A stretch of DNA of 64,000 nt from Octopus sinensis (Eukaryota). Location: contig NC_043001.1 of assembly GCF_006345805.1 (NCBI RefSeq), positions 54,684,001 through 54,748,000 on the forward strand. The letters are read 5' to 3'. A model generated the notes under the pieces. It saw nothing but the letters and a program-made list of their open reading frames with translations, was not told the origin of the DNA and searched no databases. Of this stretch, positions 52,842-64,000 are shown piece after piece; the first letter of the stretch is position 1; each line of letters starts with the position of its first letter. The position numbers and the translations under genes were made by a program.

Positions 52842-53267
52842 GCAACACATACACACATGTACATATGTACACCTATTGCATACATGTTTTTTATACGGAT
52901 ACATATTCATGTGTGTGTGTGTGTGTGTTGCCCGTATATCACAAAATACTTTTTACCTCAATGGAAAAAAAAAACAAAAGTCTTAACAAAAACTTACTTG
53001 TCACTAGAAGGGGACTTAACTCCTGTTTGCAAACAGTGGTGATTTCTCCGACTTGAAAATTGTTAAAAGTTTTGGTTGAAAATTCATTTTTACTGCTATT
53101 CGCTGATGCCTCTGGGAAAAATAAATTGACGAAAATACAGCTAGGGTCATAACGAATGTCCTCCTAAATTTGGAGTGACATGCGTGCTAATTTGTGGACG
53201 TGCATAAATTACATTTACGTACACGCACACACACACACAGACACATCCTGTCTTTTACATATACAGA
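52155..53267 (-). mobile_element. Non-autonomous Helitron-like element containing a nested pogo-type MITE
   Basis: Minus strand starts A|TCTGTATATGTAAAAGACAGG and ends CCCCGGGCAAAGCCGGGTTATACTGCTAG|T. Confidence 0.75.
52285..52804. mobile_element. pogo/Tc1-type MITE with TA TSD
   Basis: TA|CCGTAAATCTTTGAGTATAGTCTGC ... GCGGATTATACTTGAGGATTCATGG|TA; 18/25 TIR identity, all mismatches transitions. Confidence 0.65.
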
Positions 53268-53402
53268 TAATAGCCCCTATACTGGTTGCAGAGAACACTA
53301 TTGGGTCATGCAGCAGAGGGAGCTTAATGCGAATACATTATTAAGAGCTGCAACCAATACAGTAATTTTACTGTGCACCTAGCACATCTATTACCTCATA
53401 TA

Positions 53403-53727
53403 TCTCTCTATATATAAATGGCAAAACGTCTGTCTGTGTCCTTTATACAAATCCACAATTTTTCAGTTAGAGGGCTCGCACTTTCTATGGTCATTCAAAA
53501 CCATCCAAGGGTGGTCGTGTACATCTTTACATTTTCCCAGTCACCCCACAAAGCCATTAAAAAATCAATAGAAGTGATTTTTTTGTGAATTTTCTATCCC
53601 AAACCGAATCAAAATGCTCGAAACTTGATACACCAATTGAATGCCAGCTAGCTGTATGTGTGCATGCACGCAGCTGTATATGCATGCACTAGCACTATGA
53701 CCCGGCAACGCCGGGTCATAGTGCTAG
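53403..53727 (+). mobile_element. Non-autonomous Helitron ending in a perfect 41-bp palindrome
   Basis: A|TCTCTCTATATATAAATGG 5' end; 3' end ...CCCGGCAACGCCGGGTCATAGTGCTAG|T. Confidence 0.7.
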
Positions 53728-54015
53728 TTGTGCATAAGCAAATATGCAAATGCTATGTTTGTGTGCAGCTATCGTTATAAGTCATCCGTAAGCACTTACT
53801 TGGGAGCAAAAAAAGGTAAAAATACAACAGATGAGACACAATCCCCCATATTATTCACTTTATATTGAAACATTCCTCTATTTTTCTGTCCTAGGTTACC
53901 TTGATTATAATGTCTTATATTGTTTAGAACCTTATGCATTAATTTATAGTTATGTGTGTAATTCCCTTTACTCATTTATTGATTTCAGTCCAGTCATAGG
54001 ACTGTGGCTATATTA

Positions 54016-55743
54016 CACCCAGAACCACACGAATAGCTTAGGAGTGAAATTTAGAATTTCTCGGTTTTCTTTGAATCAATTTTGATAAAACTTTTCCCAG
54101 CTGGTTTGCACGCTATGGCAACACCATTGTTATGTTTTCATTATTCTGTGTAGCATCCTTTCTTTTTTATTTCAGATTCTTCAGTTTTGTAGTGAGCCAT
54201 GCTAATAGCTTTAGAATGAAAATAGCCCATCTAGACATTTTTTTTTCCAGAAAATGAAGGGTGATGATACATATTAAGCATACATTGTGTATATATTTGA
54301 CAGAAAACCATAATAATGAATTATTTAGCCACATGAGCACCATTTCGATGGATAACTTCAAAAACCTTATTAGTCACGGAATCTGTCAATTTCTTGATAG
54401 TAGCAGGTTGGGCTACCTCTGCTGCAGGTTTGATGGTTGCTCATAAGACGTCTTTCAACGTAAATTGGTGTCCACTGGTATAAACGTCTTGTTTAATGAT
54501 GGACCAAAGATTTTTGATAGGGTTGAGATCCAGAGATATTAGCGGCAACACCATCAATCTTTCACCTTGTATGCTGTAAGACCCTAGGAATGTTTGGGTG
54601 GTCCTAGCAGAGTGGAAGGGAGCATTGTCATGCATGAATACAAGATTCCTTTGAAGTGACAGCAGTATGTCATCGAGCCAGGGATCCAAGACCTTCATCA
54701 GGAAACTGCAGTAGGCAGCTGCGGTCACTTTAACCCCTTCAGGCACCCTGACTGGACCAACAAGTCTGTCCCCAATGATAACAGCCCACAACATGACTCC
54801 TCCACCCTGTCATAAACATCGGTGGCATTCATCTACAAAATAGACTCAATCATTTGCCCAACTGTCAGGTTCATCAAGGGCTGCCCTCGTTTCGTCAGTA
54901 AACAGAACACAACTCATGTCTAACATCATGTATTTTTGGGCCCATTGAAACCCCAAACCCCTGTGAGGAGGCAGTTTCAGGGATTCTCATATGGAAACAA
55001 TGGTCCAGAGGATGTGATTTCTGGTGGTTTTTGGTGCATGAGGGAAGTACAGAGATGGTGAAAATGGCTTTGCCTGTTTGTTCAGGTTTCCCACGTAACT
55101 TGCAGCCAATATTTCTTAAATCTCTAGCTGTCACAGCCTTGGAAGTCCCACAATTGGATTGTTGTCAATCATCATCATCATCATCATTTAACGTCCGCTT
55201 TCCATGCTAGCATGGGTTGGACGGTTCAACTGGGATCTGGGGAGCCCGAAGGCTGCACCAGGCCAGTCAGATCTGGCAGTGTTTCTACAGCTGGATGCCC
55301 TTCCTAACGCCAACCACTCCGAGAGTGTAGTGGGTGATTTTATGTGCCACCGACACAGGTGCCAGACGAGGCTGGCGAACGGCCACGCTCGGATGGTGTT
55401 TTTTATGTGCCACCGACACAGCATGCTCGGATGGTGTTTTGTTATGTGCCACCGACACAGCACGCTCGGATGGTGTTTTTTATGTGCCACCAATATCATT
55501 ATGGTTCTCTGTTAAATATATACTCAATGTATGCTTAATATGTATCATTATTATTTCTGAAAAAAATGCCAAAAGCTGAAGAATCTGGAATAAAAAAAAA
55601 GAACGTTACACAGAATAATGAAACCATAACAATGGTGTTGCTGTAGTGTGCAAACCAGCTGGGAAAAGTTTTACCAAAATCAATTCACAGAAAACTGAGA
55701 ATTCCTAAATTTCACTCCTAAGCTATTAGCATAGTTCTGGGTG
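54016..55743 (-). mobile_element. Tc1-superfamily transposon with DD37E spacing (TRT-type), long TIRs, decayed
   Basis: TA|CACCCAGAAC...GTTCTGGGTG|TA; TIRs about 300 bp (left) and 250 bp (right). Transposase VLFTDE...MLWAVIIGDRLVGPVRV...FMHDNAP-[37 aa from D]-NPIKNLW, with the catalytic E mutated to K. Confidence 0.9.
55168..55491 (-). mobile_element. Young RTE 3'-tail insertion inside the DD37E transposon
   Basis: (ATC)n tail, reverse complement of the 34200-34431 type, CpGs retained, three ~38-bp tandem units at 55384-55491. Confidence 0.85.
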
Positions 55744-57373
55744 TAGTGGCAATATATTCAAGAGTCTTTTTAGTTTGTTAACTGTATTTATTTACATTCC
55801 TATAGAGATGTAAATACTGCGTTTTTGCCCTACTAAACATATATATAGACATGTGCTCACACATCCACATATACTTAACACACACACACACATCTATATC
55901 CATTTAATGTTGACTGTTGGAAAGAATACTTAATACTATAGTAGAGATTTGAAATTAATATTTTTTATTTTGGCTAAGTCATTTTCTTGCTTCTCAGAGT
56001 TTCATCTTTGGGTAAGCAGGATCTTAAGGCAAGTTATGACTTCAGGAAGCTATATACATTTAGTTTTGTTGAGGTTATAATTAACCACCCTGATACTGGT
56101 GGCATGATATTGTGCATTTAGCACTTTCTGTAAAGTGGTTACTGTTGAGGAAAGCATCTAGTTGTAGAAATCATGACAAAAATGGAACATACAAGTGAGA
56201 TGTGGTTCTCTGACCTATCTATGAAGGCAATAACTGCAGATAAGAATTGACTTGGACCCTGATGACGTATCCAACCCATGCCAATATGGGAAAGTGATGT
56301 AAAGTAATTCTGATAATATATGTGAATTTATGTAACTGGGCATTTGGAGTATTTAGAAGGCAACTTGCAAATCTAAACTGTGATGTTTTGAGTGCTATTT
56401 TCTTTTTATGCATGCATGCGCACGCACACACACACACATCAATGTGTGTGTGTGTGTATATATATACATATACACCTTTTCAGTTGATTGTGACATGCAG
56501 TTGTATTGGACCCAATGTTTTTCAATGGTAACAATATCTAGGGTTGCTGTTCCTCACATGAATATTATGAGTGTTGAGGTTTACATTCTCATCTTTCTTT
56601 AAAATACAAGCAGCTCTAAGAATTTTGATTTGAGATTCTCAGACCATAGTCCCTGGATTACAACAGTGTCAGCAAATTAACCCTTTAGTATTTAAACAGG
56701 CCACATCCAGCCCAAATATGCTTCTTGTTTTATGCTCTAACTAGTCAGATTTAACCTGTCACACCTACCCTTCAATGCCATTCTACACATATACAATCTC
56801 ATCATCAAAACTTTATAGCTACAAAATAAAGCATGATTAATTATAAACAATGTCAATGAAAAAGAATTACATTTGACAAAATAATCTGAATATGAAAGTA
56901 CTAACACATATGCACACATGCATACAAGTGTGTGGATAAATGGAAGAAGGTGATACTCAACACATGTGATAGGAGTTACATATATTTTTTGATAGCAGTT
57001 TAACTCAGCTCCATGTGACTTATGGGTATGTAGGGCAATCCCATCTCATCAAACTCTTCCGGTTTCTGCTTAGATAGATTTGTTCTAATAAAATAGGATT
57101 GGTTTGACCAAAACCTTTTAAGGCAGTGTTCCAGTATGACTGCAGCAATGAACATGACTTAGCATTTTATAACATGTCTGGTGCCTTCATGCAGTCCCCA
57201 GGCTCTGCCCAGGATTGTGTGAAAATGTTTTGTTCATAGACATTTTTTGAGTCATTTTCATTGTATGAAACTATTAGTAGCTCATAAAAATACATACTGT
57301 GTTTGTCAATTAATATTTATCTCTCACTAGATGGAGTACTCTCTTTGTTGATCTTACCTTCAAGAAACATTAT

Positions 57374-57433
<60 letters not shown>

Positions 57434-57435
57434 GA

Positions 57436-57600
57436 GGCGCAGGAGTGGCTGTGTGGTAAGTAGCTTGCTAACCAACCACATTGTTCCGGGTTCAGTCCCA
57501 CTGTGTGGCATCTTGGGCAAGTGTCTTCTGCTATAGCCCCGGGCCAACCAATGCCTTATGAGTGGATTTGGTAGACGGAAACTGAAAGAAGCCTGTCGTA

Positions 57601-57641
<41 letters not shown>

Positions 57642-57867
57642 GTGTGTGTGTGTATGTGTTTGTGTGTCTGTGTTTGTTCCCCTAGCATTGCTTGACAACC
57701 GATGCTGGTGTGTTTATGTCCCCGTCACTTAGCGATTCGGCAAAAGAGACCGATAGAATAAGTACTGGGCTTACAAAGAATAAGTCCCAGGGTCGATTTG
57801 CTCGGCTAAAGGCGGTACTCCAGCATGGCTGCAGTCAAACGACTGAAACAAGTAAAAGAGTAAAGAG
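57436..57867 (+). mobile_element. tRNA-derived SINE, family A (best-preserved copy)
   Basis: GGCGCAGGAGTGGCTGTGTGGTAAG head, B-box GGTTCAGTCCC, internal (TA/TG)n, CpG-rich body. Confidence 0.9.
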
Positions 57868-58759
57868 TATATATATATATATATAAGGATGGAGTTAGGA
57901 GTGTGTATGTGTAAACATATGCATACATTTATACACACAAGCAAATTATACATCTAATTGTGGATCCATATTTATAATTTGAGAACTCTCTCTATGCTTA
58001 TGAATAGATAAATATATTTAAACGAAAGTGAAATGATATCTTTTCTTTATCTTTTAGGAAACAAGATTATTAAAAATTGTAAACACAAATCTCTTTCTCT
58101 CTCTGTATACTGCCTCTCTCTCACATACATGTACACACATACAGTATATATGTAGTATATATATATATATTGGATTATTAGTCTAGGTGTCATGATTATA
58201 TTTATAGAGTAGATGTAAGTTGTTTTAGTCTAATATGCAAAACAATTGTCCTGTTTCATTTTAACTTGTCACATACATGTAACATATAGCAGTACAGGCA
58301 TTCAACTACTACTACTACTCAACCGTTAGTTTAATTTTTTATCTATTTTTTCTTTAATTTCTGAATTCCGTTCGGTGGTGTCACGTGAAACTATTTACAT
58401 TCAGTTTTTCGTATTTATGTAAAAACAACATACAACATAAAAACTATCAGTTGAAAGTAAATAAGAAATCGACACTGTTCTACCATACGCAGAAGGAGGA
58501 AACTAATAAGAATTTCAAGTTTGTGCTTTGGTAGGAGGAAATACTCTGTCTTTTTTTTCTTCTGTTGTTTAAGGTCTTTTGTATGGAATTTCTGATGCCT
58601 TGTTGTGTTCTATTTTTTTCACTTTACATATTTTTCATATGTGCAGGAGGGATTATAATTATACCTATTTTCAGAGAGATTTGCACTAACTTTTGGTCAT
58701 TGTCATCATCATCATCATCATCACTACTGCCCCCCCCCCACTTCCTTTAACAAAGGAAG

Positions 58760-59100
58760 GTAAATCTTTCTCTGCTTTGTAGCTATGGCAAACAAGGCTA
58801 TGTGGGGGACCCGTCTGAAAGGTTTGAAGACAGACACTTTCCCATCTAGCCAAGCTCTCATCAGTTTCTTCAAATAACATTTGAGGAGGAAGGTGAAGGT
58901 AAAGTGGGAGGTGTTTATCAGAAGATGGTTGACAGTGGTAAGATTGGTGAGACTAAATGAACCCACACTGTGTATGCTTTTCTAAGTAGGAGGAAAGAAA
59001 CTGGAAGATGGCACTTCCCATGCCTTGGGAATCACAGAGTAATCTTGGACTTCTGCATGGGGTTTACCTTGAATTACCCTAAATGGACTACCACACTATT
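58760..59100 (+). mobile_element. Probable L1/Tx1-clade LINE 3' remnant
   Basis: Translation MWGTRLKGLKTDTF...ALISFFK*HLRRKVKV...FIRRW resembles Tx1-type ORF2 C-termini; family recalled, not searched. Confidence 0.4.
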
Positions 59101-59319
59101 GGAGATTCTATTTATTGATTTTTTTTTTATATTTCTCTAAACTTCTATTTATATATCCTTGTTATATCCTTTAATATTGTAGTGTTTTCCTTTGATCAGT
59201 GTTAGAACCCCCACCTGTTTTGTGTTTTATCTTGTCCTTTGATATTGTCCTCCAAGTCTTGGCCCCTTGTGGCAAGTAAAAGAAATTTTTATAACAATGA
59301 TATTAATTTCAAATTTTGG

Positions 59320-59740
59320 CATATCGTCAGCAGTTTTGTGGGAGGAAGTAAGCCGGTTACATTGCCCCCACTGGTACTTATTTTATCACCCCTGAAAAGA
59401 TGAAAGACAAAGTTGACCTTGGTGGAATTCGAACTCAGTATGTGAAGATGGATGAAATGCTGCTAAACATTTTGCCTGGCATGCTAATGATTCTGCCACC
59501 TCACTGCCTTTTATTATAATAATAATAATAATGTAGATTGATAAAATTGTTAGAATATCAGATAAAATGCTGTATGGTGTTCCAATTTTTTATGTTCTGG
59601 GTTTGAATCCCATTAAAGTCAACTATGCCATTCATCCTTCTGGGGTTGATGAATTACCAATCAAGTACCGGAGTTAATGTAATTAACTAAACTCTACCCC
59701 TCAAAATTGCTGGCCTTGTGTCTAAATTAGAAACATTTAT
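59320..59740. mobile_element. Two divergent family-C SINEs flanking (TAA)n
   Basis: Minus copy at about 59320-59510 and plus copy at about 59530-59740. Confidence 0.65.
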
Positions 59741-60957
59741 TATTACCTAAACATTTCAATCCAACGGTTCGTTTGTGTAATCAGTTTTGGCAAATTTGAA
59801 AGTTTACTGTTACACACACACACGCTGACACAGCTTCTCTCTGTCTCTCTCTTTCACACAAAGACATACATATAACAGTAGCTTCTCTATTATGTCTGTA
59901 TTCTCTGTCATTTTATTTGCCTGTTTCTCTGTGTGATATTTTAAAATCTCTGACATGTTTGTGGATATATGAAATAAACTATTTCTAAATAGTCAAGTCA
60001 TAAGGATCTATACAGAACTCTTGTTTCATGGTTTGTAATAATATCACAGACAACATTCTCAAAAGGTATGATGTTTATTTCCACCAGTAAAGTATACCAA
60101 ACAGATGGCATAAATTGTTCTAATCAGAGTGACACAAGAAAATAATAGTTGATATGACCTGAAGGTTTTATGAGCTTTAGCTATTTCACTTCTGTCCTAG
60201 CTTTCTGCAGCAGTGATGTGTTTTAGTAAACCTGTATTGCAATAAATCTGAGAACTTTTCTGTAGCGTATTAACATTGATTTACACATTTTAAGACAACT
60301 AAGATAACTATATTTGTTTAGTCCTAATGGAAAACAGTTATAGTGCAAATGGAAAGTAGTTCTAGTGCTAATAGAAAACATCCATTAAATTTACAGCTTT
60401 TTACTGGTGGTAGGAAAAAGCCCCTCCAAAAAATAGTTAATGCAAGTGCCTCTTTTGTATATTAGAAGGGTATTTGTAATTTCAGGCTCTCCCAATATTT
60501 TAACAAGTCTATGCTTGAACTGGACATTTGTCTTGGACTTAAATTCCATTTGTAATTAGCTACAGCTGTTGTTGTTTAGCAACAGGACAGCCCTGCTCAG
60601 ACAGTCTTCTGATTAAAGGAACTCCATCTGTGACCATCCCATCTTTTTATCAGACTGTGTATCTATGTATATCCAATGTATATTTCTTATAAGACAATAG
60701 AATATAAAGGAGAGTTAGCTGTTATTTCTAGTAAGTTGAGTGACTACTTGGAAACCTTCTTCCTTTTTTTTTTTTATTATATTTACTGTTAGTTGTTATT
60801 GTTATATTTGTTTTAGTTATTACTTAACCCACCAGATCAATCTTGATTGATTGAACAGCCCTATAATCAGAGCTGTTCCAGCTGTGGCCAGTGACCATCC
60901 TACCTTTTTTTAATTTATTTTAAAAATTTTACACAAGTGTGTTTTTTAATTATATGT

Positions 60958-61154
60958 AGGCACAGACATGGCTGTGTTTCAAGAAGCTTGCTTCCTAACC
61001 ACATGGTTCCGGGTTCAGTCCCACTGTGTGGCACCTTGAGCAAATGTCTTCTGTAGCCTTAGGCCAACCAAAGCCTTGTGAGTGGATTTGGTAGATGGAA
61101 ACTGAAAGAAGCTTGTTGTATATATGTGTGGTGTGTGTGTGTGTAAATTTTATA

Positions 61155-61185
<31 letters not shown>

Positions 61186-62575
61186 GTGTGTGTGTATAAA
61201 TTTTATATATATATATCATTCATCATGATAGATCGCTAGTCACTACTCATTCTTTATTTTTTCTCTTTATTTTCTCTCCTTGTTTCTTTCCGTGTTCCTT
61301 TCTGTGGAAGAGCGTAGAGTCAAAATGTTAAAGACTTTTCACTTCTCGAGCATTAAACTAATACATCTGTTTGTTGTCTATACCACATGTCTTTGTCTTT
61401 TGGGTTTTTTTTTTGTGAATTCTCCTTATGTATGTATGTGTGTGTGTGTGTGTGTATGTGAGATCTGATCAATAAGTATCCGTACTGTTGCCATAGTAAC
61501 GAAGCTAAAGCACACAGAGTGAAGCTGCTTGGCAAAGATTGACCTTGAACTGTGCTGTGCTGTGTATGAAGTTTAATGGTTCTGGCTCACTTCTGCTGTT
61601 TACAGCAGTGCTTGGAAGGAATGTGTGTAGCTTGTGATTGTCACATTGACCATGACAGAGAAAGTTTTAATGGTAATATCTGCTCAGAGGCCTACACAAA
61701 GTTGCAGAAAGTGTATGAGCCACACACAAATGTACTAGTGGTTCAGATATTTCCAAGATGGCCAAAAAAATGTCAATATTGATGAACGTTCTGGGAGCCC
61801 TGCAACCAGCAGAACTGAGAAAAACCTCACAGATGTGTGTGCAGTTGTAAGGGGAAATTGTCAAATCACCATCCGTAAGTTATCAGAGGATGTGCAGATT
61901 AGTTATGGTTCAGTTCAGTCCATTATCACTGAAGATTTGGGTATGAGACGCTTGTCTGCCAAGTTTGTGCCAAAACTGCTTTCAGCTGACCAAAAAGATA
62001 CTTGGGTTTCAGTTGCAGTATATGTCCTTGATTGTGTTGAGAATGATGGAAACTTTCTGAAAAATTTGCGACAGCCTCTGAGCAGGTATTGCCAAGTTTT
62101 TGTCAAAATATGATGTAGATTCTCTGCTCAACTTTCTCTCTCATGGTCAAAGCAATGATCAAATGCTACACGCCTCCCTTCGAATTACTGCTGTACAGAA
62201 GTGAGCTAGAACATTAAAACTTAGTGTGCATGCACAGCAGAGTTCAAGGTCAATCTGTGCCAAGCAGCTTCTCTCTGCATGCTTTAGTTTCATTACTATG
62301 GCAACAGTCCGGATAATTATTGAACAGACCACATATATATATGTGTGTGTGTGTGTGTGTATCTTTGTGCCTGTGTTAGTACCCCTGTCACTGCTTGACA
62401 ACCAGTGTTGGTATATTTACGTCCCCTTAACTTAGCAGTTTGGCAAAAGAGACCCATAGAATAAGAACCAGGCTCAAAAAAAATTAAGTCCTGAGGTCAA
62501 TTTGACTAAAACCCTTCAAGGCGGTGCTCCAGCGTGGTCGCAGTCAAATGACTTAAACAAGTAAAAAGATAAACG
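60958..62575 (+). mobile_element. Family-A SINE split by nested insertions
   Basis: 5' half 60958-61125 and 3' half 62340-62575; the intervening repeat (61215-61430) and mariner sit in the internal microsatellite. Confidence 0.7.
61457..62333 (+). mobile_element. Fold-back mariner derivative (DNA-binding region only)
   Basis: TA-flanked; arms 61457-61712 and 62052-62333 are inverted copies. The interior encodes ITIRKLSEDVQISYGSVQSIITEDLGMRRLSAKFVPKLL; no catalytic domain. Confidence 0.85.
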
Positions 62576-62597
62576 GATAATTCTAGAACCTCACTAT

Positions 62598-62830
62598 TAT
62601 AATAATGAAATTATTGTATACAGTGCTCAGGTGCACCACAACTTGTCAGAAAGTGTGTATAAAGTATATGCAGTAATGTAGAAATGTCTGGAAAGTGAAC
62701 ATGCTTGTGTGTGTATGGAGGGGAGAAAATCAGGTGTAGTGTTGGCGAATCTCAGGAAGCATGGAAGTCTTGAAGGATGCAGTGCTCCGACAACTAACAA
62801 CCGATGCCGGCAGTTTGTTCCACGCTTCAA
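62598..62830 (-). mobile_element. CR1/L2-type LINE 3' end
   Basis: Minus strand EAWNKLPASVVSCRSTASFKTSMLPEIRQHYT*, then the UTR and tail shared with 18050-18232. Confidence 0.65.
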
Positions 62831-63313
62831 TGAGTTCATCCTTTTTAAGATGGTAGGTTGTGATTTAAATGAGATTTTGCTGCTATTTCTAACAGGATGA
62901 GTGACTGCGTAGAATGTTTTACAGTTTGAAATTAATTACAGTTTATAATGACCCAGTTTGTGAAGGTTTGCTAATTAATGTCCTGAAAGTTTAATATCCA
63001 TTCCTTATTAAGTGACCTGTATTTGTGAACATGACTGCCTAGGTTATTGAACTTATGAACCTGTATTTCTTGGAGAGTTTCAATATTATTTCTCTAGTAT
63101 GCTGTACAAAATAGAAAGTCTTCTGAGTTCAATTCTAGCTTTAACATTTATATGATGCACACATCTGCTCTGATGCACAAACATGCTCACACACTCACAT
63201 AAACATGTATATATATGCATGCAACACATTCAAAAGAAATTTGATGCTAGTAGTCCAGATGATTATGATGATGAATACATGATTCATTTTTGTCTATTAT
63301 CATTATTATTAAA

Positions 63314-63997
63314 GGCAGCGAGCTGGCAGAGTCGTTAGTGTGCTGGATGAAATGCTTAGCGATATTTTGTCTGCTGCTATGTTCTGTGTTCAAGTTCCGC
63401 TGTGGCTGACTTTACCTTTCATCCTTGTGTGGTCGATAAAATAAGTACCAGTTGAACATTGGGGGTTGATGTAATTGACTTAATCCCTCCTCCAAAATAG
63501 CTGTCCCTTTGAAACCATTCTTCTTCTTATTATTATTATTAAGGTGGCGAGCTGGCAGAATCATTAGTGCGTTGGACTTTACCTTTCATCCTTTCAGGGT
63601 CAATAAAATAAGTACCTGTTGAACAACTGGGGTTGATGTAATTGACTCATCCCCTCCCACAAAATTGCTACCCTTGTAGCAAAATCTGAAGCCATTATTA
63701 TTATTGTTATTATTATCATCGTCATCATCATTATTATTATAAAAGCAGCAAGCTGGCAGAATTGTTAGCATGCTGAGTAAAATGCTTAGCGACATTTCAT
63801 GTCTTTATTAGGTGAGTTCAAATGCCGCTGGGATCAATTTTTGCATTTCATCCTTTCAGTGTTGGTAAAATAAGTACCAGTTGAACACTGGGGTCAGTCT
63901 AATTGAATTATCCCCTCACCTGAAACTGTTGGCCTTGAGCTAAAATTTCAAATCATCATCGTCTTCTTCATCATCATAATCATCATCATTATCATTA
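63314..63997 (+). mobile_element. Three head-to-tail family-C tRNA-derived SINEs
   Basis: Heads GGCAGCGAGCTGGCAGA at 63314, about 63543 and about 63745, each ending in a (TAT/CAT)n tail; copy 2 is internally deleted. Confidence 0.85.
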
Positions 63998-64000
63998 AAT

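Noticed and set aside
55384-55491. Regular ~38-bp repeats resembling a CRISPR array
   Set aside because: No unique spacers; eukaryotic context; the units derive from the RTE 3'UTR.
57436-57510. tRNA gene candidates at SINE heads
   Set aside because: A and B boxes are present but there is no complete cloverleaf, and they continue into SINE bodies.

Overview
AT-rich, microsatellite- and transposon-dense animal DNA. The SINE, RTE, Penelope and Helitron repertoire looks like an octopus (coleoid cephalopod) genome; this is inferred from repeat style and was not verified by a search. The only gene I can name is a copper-transporting P1B-ATPase (ATP7). Its first coding exon (20643-20770, ATG 20666) encodes MEKSADISIQGMHCNSCVVNIEGHISKVKGIKHIT. 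I found no next exon, so 20771-64000 is probably one intron of more than 43 kb. A probable coding exon of a second, unidentified + strand gene lies at 7177-7330. The rest is repeats: tRNA-derived SINEs, RTE, CR1-type and Tx1-type LINE remnants, a Penelope-like element (PLE), DD37E (TRT-type) and mariner transposons, hAT, piggyBac-type and pogo-type MITEs, non-autonomous Helitrons and a Gypsy integrase fragment. The most notable non-coding features are a near-canonical type I hammerhead ribozyme at the 3' end of the PLE (29361-29411), two perfect inverted repeats bracketing (TA)n tracts, a 41-bp palindrome made of two Helitron 3' termini, a fold-back mariner, and an unclassified TIR element with a 6-bp target-site duplication (TSD) and telomere-like repeats. 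Most ORFs in the supplied track are microsatellite artefacts. All coordinates and alignments were read by eye.
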